Part shown: positions 56,859 to 60,072 of the stretch, one piece after another
How the letters are laid out: the number at the start of each line of letters is the position of its first letter
How positions within the stretch are numbered: position 1 is the stretch's first letter
From: an uncultured Candidatus Saccharibacteria bacterium
GTDB taxonomy: Bacteria; Patescibacteriota; Minisyncoccia; Phycocordibacterales; DATGWK01
DNA: 60,072 nt
NCBI GenBank assembly: GCA_964442475.1
Contig: CAYTZJ010000001.1
Span: forward strand, 1-60,072
Reading direction: 5' to 3'
Position numbers and translations under genes: made by a program
Notes under the pieces: generated by a model
Databases searched by the model: none
Told to the model about the DNA's origin: nothing
What the model saw: only the letters and a program-made list of their open reading frames with translations

Positions 56859-57776
56859 ACGCTGACTACCTTGAGGTAACCTGACCACCAGCACACCATT
56901 TCGCGTTTGATCTCCACGCCGACAGCTGTGCCAGACACGTTCTCCAAACTCATCAACCTCAGTCGCAGTGTCAGTAGGGTCAACAGAGAAATGTTCAGAG
57001 TCTGTTGGCACACCAGACCTTTCCAGTTGAACCTTCACCACTGCAGCAAGGTCAATGGGACATTGATCGTATGGTTTGCCCACTACCTGCGGGCCAAATT
57101 CCTCTACGAGATGCCTCGCCAACTCCACATTCTTCTCACCATAATCCGGATGATTAGAAGGATGAGTAAACGACGGAGCCTTAATGCCACAAAGCATCGC
57201 CACCTCAACACTATCTGTCCGACCGAACCAGCCCTGAAGCGACGCGACCACCACACTTTGGTAAGTAAGATGATGTGTTGCCCGAACCTCAGCCGGTTCA
57301 ATCAAACTGTTTCGCCCCCCATGACACCCAACTACGAGTCCATTTGGCATGCGAAACACCAGAGTGTAGCAGTCGGCAGAGGGCAGAAAGTACGCTCCGG
57401 GCTCGGTGAGGCGAACACCGTCACCATCACCGCCAAAATGGAACTCGACTCCATCAACAACAATACGATCTCGGTAGAGATCGGGATCGTCGTTGATCAC
57501 TGTGCCGACAGTTCTTTCACGAATGACCGCATCCCCTTTGAGATTTGAGAGATTGGGGTCCTCGAATGCAAGGGGTGTAAACACCCGCGTCACGCCGCAC
57601 TGCTTTGCGTAGCGTGCAAGAACCATAAACAGATAGGACTTATTCTCCGACTGCATATGATTCCAGTCATGAGGCCTGCCGAAAGCAAACACGCGAACGG
57701 TTTTCCTAAACAAATCGAATTGTCGTGTTGGAAGTATCCGCTCAGAGGCGGAGCTTCCGAGAACCTGTTCAGCCAC
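56847..57776 (-). CDS. Diverged DUF152 / PgeF (YfiH, laccase-domain) family-like protein, G+C-rich
   Basis: PSADCYTLVF...GCHGGRNS resembles the ADC-P...HAGWRG core, and HSCRRG...TRNG resembles the C-terminal SYRR...GR motif. Start set to GTG 57776, 6 nt after the perfect SD AAAGGAGGTG (plus strand 57781-57790). Confidence 0.4.
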   Translation of the reverse strand: MAEQVLGSSASERILPTRQFDLFRKTVRVFAFGRPHDWNHMQSENKSYLFMVLARYAKQCGVTRVFTPLAFEDPNLSNLKGDAVIRERTVGTVINDDPDLYRDRIVVDGVEFHFGGDGDGVRLTEPGAYFLPSADCYTLVFRMPNGLVVGCHGGRNSLIEPAEVRATHHLTYQSVVVASLQGWFGRTDSVEVAMLCGIKAPSFTHPSNHPDYGEKNVELARHLVEEFGPQVVGKPYDQCPIDLAAVVKVQLERSGVPTDSEHFSVDPTDTATEVDEFGERVWHSCRRGDQTRNGVLVVRLPQGSQRGGL

Positions 57777-57883
57777 AAAGCACCTCCTTTGAGTGGTTAC
57801 GATAAAGACCAAAAAACACCGACATAAACGTACTACTTAAAAAACTCTTGGTCAACAGCTGTAAAAATGAAGTAACGACCTGC

Positions 57884-57957
57884 GTGGGCGTACCAGGAGT
57901 TGAACCTGGGACCTCGTCATTATCAGTGACGCGCTCTAACCACCTGAGCTATACGCC
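57884..57957 (-). tRNA. tRNA-Ile (anticodon GAT)
   Basis: Reverse complement GGGCGTA TA GCTC AGGTGGTTA GAGC G CGTCA CTGATAA TGACG AGGTC CCAGG TTCAACT CCTGG TACGCCC A. Confidence 0.9.
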
Positions 57958-58151
57958 CACGCAAACAACAACTTCATTTTTACAAGAACCGAGCGAACCA
58001 TTTATATCGTAATCGATATCAGTGACGCGCTCTAACCACCTGAGCTATACGCCCACGCAAACAACAACTTCATTTTTACAAGAACCGAGCGAACCATTTA
58101 TATCGTAATCGATATCAGTGACACGCTCTAACCACAACAACTATACGCCCG
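57920..58151. repeat. 96-bp tandem repeat (2.4 copies) made of the tRNA-Ile 5' half plus a 57-nt leader
   Basis: 57921-58016 is repeated at 58017-58112. A third, diverged 39-nt copy of the tRNA 5' half sits at 58113-58151. Confidence 0.95.
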
Positions 58152-58260
58152 CAACGTCCTTTCTGGCGAAACCTTAAATTATCAGAAAATGTGCCTTTAA
58201 ACAAGACTGTGCCGGCAACAAAAAACCACGAGCTCCGCCAGTGGTCTTCATCAGAACATA

Positions 58261-58698
58261 TTAACTCTTGAGCTCTTTCTTCACTTTCGTCCAGTACTTC
58301 TCCGTACTAGACTTTTTCCAACCGTTGGGTCCACCGTTCCAAATCCTTGCTCGATCTTCATCCGTTGGCTCTCGACCCAAACGTTTCTTGGTCGCGTAAA
58401 GCCCAATGTAGCATTCGAAGATCTTGATCGAAAGACTTCGGTCGTTCTGGCAGTCCTCGGCACGATAGTTTGTGCCGAGGGCTCTGTTCACATCGTCAAC
58501 ACAAGGTTGGCGAATCTGAAGACAGCCGTAGGCTTTATTCTTCAAATTCGTATCGCCGACGACTGAGTCATCTCCTCCAGATTCCACCTGGATGAGGGCT
58601 TCAACAAGACTTGCCGAGGGCTCGCTTGCTGAAACCTGTGCACCTAGACAAACAAAAGTAAGAAAGCTGAAAAGAACAATCCATTTTTTCGAAAACAT
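58261..58698 (-). CDS. Secreted lysozyme-like / lytic transglycosylase (SLT-like) protein, G+C-rich
   Basis: Signal peptide; catalytic-type motif QVESGGD followed by AYGCLQIR; AAGGA 7 nt upstream of the ATG. Confidence 0.55.
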   Translation of the reverse strand: MFSKKWIVLFSFLTFVCLGAQVSASEPSASLVEALIQVESGGDDSVVGDTNLKNKAYGCLQIRQPCVDDVNRALGTNYRAEDCQNDRSLSIKIFECYIGLYATKKRLGREPTDEDRARIWNGGPNGWKKSSTEKYWTKVKKELKS

Positions 58699-58867
58699 GT
58701 GTAATTCCTTTTACACATTCTTGCTTTCCAGAAACGGCACATGCCGATTCATTGAGCAATTAAATAATATCATTATATAAACAAATTGTCAAGTTTTGAT
58801 GAAAATAAAAAAGGACCCCAGTGCAACGTAGCAAAGGGGCCCTACTCCACAGGAACAAACATCACCA

Positions 58868-59326
58868 TCACATGGCGCCACAGGGAGTGAAACACCCCCT
58901 CGGACACTGATGGTCATCATTACCCCTGTTTTGCACAGGCAGACCACACTGAGTGCAGAACCGAGTCTTGCTCATGGCAAGCGCAACGGTCATGCAATTG
59001 ATGGTGTCCGAAATGACTGCGGGCTTCTCGAGGTTGCCAGCTCTGATCTTGTATCGAGCACGTGCAACTACGTCATCCCTGACTCCAGGTTCCCTTCCTC
59101 CTCCGGAGAAAAGCCGGCGTGAAGGGGTCATCCTCTGACGATGCGCGATGTGCCCCGGCATTTGGCCGAGACCAGGTTCCGGCATGTCGGAATCTGTCAA
59201 AATACCTCGCTGAGTTTGAGTCCGACTCAGCTTGGTCGTTGGGACGCGTGGGCCGAGATTCTGAGCCAAAGGCTTAATCTCTGCCAACCGTCCATCTCCA
59301 GCATGCTTTCCGTGCATCTGACACAT
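58868..59326 (-). CDS. Hypothetical protein, very G+C-rich, C-terminal Cys cluster
   Basis: Start set at Met39 of ORF 58868..59440 (ATG 59326), preceded by GGAGG with a 7-nt spacer. CTQCG...CPRGC near the C-terminus; TGA stop. Confidence 0.45.
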   Translation of the reverse strand: MCQMHGKHAGDGRLAEIKPLAQNLGPRVPTTKLSRTQTQRGILTDSDMPEPGLGQMPGHIAHRQRMTPSRRLFSGGGREPGVRDDVVARARYKIRAGNLEKPAVISDTINCMTVALAMSKTRFCTQCGLPVQNRGNDDHQCPRGCFTPCGAM

Positions 59327-59408
59327 GTCAAAACCTCCGTGATAATGTGAAAAGATCCGTTTCGGTCTGCTGGAATGATAGCACCCATACCTCATTTTGT
59401 CAAACAAC

Positions 59409-59437
59409 AAAAAACCACCCAGTGGGTGATTTTTTTC
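59409..59437. terminator. Weak bidirectional hairpin with flanking A/T runs
   Basis: A6 CCACCC agt GGGTG A T7, a 5-bp stem. Lies downstream of the 16S 3' end on the minus strand. Confidence 0.3.
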
Positions 59438-59585
59438 CATCCTTTATTTTGTTCCGTTCTTTGTTGTCTGTCTTTCCAGACGGTCATGTTGATTTTAGGA
59501 TTCAACAAAATCCATTGTATTCCAATAAATTGGAATACAATACCGACACAGTTACCGATGCATTAAAATGCAGTCAGATGTTTCA

Positions 59586-60072
59586 ATTTGAAATATTCCA
59601 CGAGCAGCTTCCGCTACCCGTGCCTTGTTACGACTTACTCCCTGTCACCGAGCTTACCTTAGGACCGCGCGAGGCGATACTTCGGGTACTCCCGGCTCCC
59701 TTGAGTTGACGGGCGGTGAGTACAAGACTTGAGAACGTATTCACCGCAGTATAGCTGACCTGCGATTACTAGCAATTCCGGCTTCATGGGGTCGAGTTGC
59801 AGCCCCCAATCCGAACTGGCGCATCTTTTATTACGATTAGCTCAGGGTTACCCCGTCGCGGCGCGTTGTAGATGCGATTGTATTATGTGTGTAGCCCCGG
59901 ATATCAGAGGGTCATGCTGACCTGGCGTTATCCTCGCCTTCCTCCCAGCTCAGAGACTGCAATTTTTAAAAATTGTAATCTTTGAGCTGGGCAGTCTCGC
60001 CTGATACATGTAACAGACAACGAGGGTTGCGTTCGTTACCCCACTTAAGGGAACAATTCAAACCACGAACTG
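59586..60072 (-). rRNA. rrs: 16S rRNA, 3' ~480 nt (continues beyond window)
   Basis: Reverse complement contains AAGTCGTAACAAGG (1492 region), TTGTACTCACCGCCCGTCA (1392 region), GCTACACAC, AACGAACGCAACCC, and helix 45 with a GGAA loop. Confidence 0.9.

Noticed and set aside
59347-59709. ORFs 59347..59709 and 59375..59566 (+)
   Set aside because: They run antisense into the 16S rRNA 3' end and its trailer and are not coding.

Overview
AT-rich, gene-dense 60-kb fragment, mostly transcribed on the minus strand. Hand-counted host lines run about 28-40% G+C. The gene content and the divergent partial 16S rRNA at the right edge fit a Candidate Phyla Radiation / Patescibacteria (Parcubacteria-like) genome; that placement is inference. 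Housekeeping content: ftsZ (5' partial), trxB, valS, tsaD, lepA, murJ, gatB, obg, secA, murB, murC, murD, a P-type ATPase, an AI-2E transporter and a glycosyltransferase cluster. There are also two O-antigen-ligase/TPR giants, six tRNAs, an RNase P RNA hidden under spurious ORFs, and the 3' ~480 nt of 16S rRNA. Things worth a second look: (1) A tightly packed six-gene minus-strand operon (22336-31176) encodes a membrane-tethered HTH protein, two paralogous secreted beta-rich proteins, a DUF916/DUF3324-like anchored protein, an FN3 protein and a 1242-aa tail-fibre-like protein with endosialidase-chaperone-like modules. This is a candidate host-attachment surface apparatus. (2) Four of the six tRNA genes are preceded by partial copies of their own 5' portion. 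In three independent cases the D-loop CAG is replaced by GTT. (3) Two G+C-rich blocks flank tRNA-Ile between murD and the 16S gene. Their three genes carry strong Shine-Dalgarno sites. (4) The 16S 3' tail shows no CCUCC anti-SD, and host genes largely lack SD sites. (5) Three back-to-back promoter/terminator-delimited small structured RNA candidates lie at 5341-5790. (6) A small membrane-protein ORF is interrupted by one in-frame TGA. All homology calls come from motif recognition by eye; no searches or folding programs were run. RNA ends are good to roughly +/-5-10 nt.
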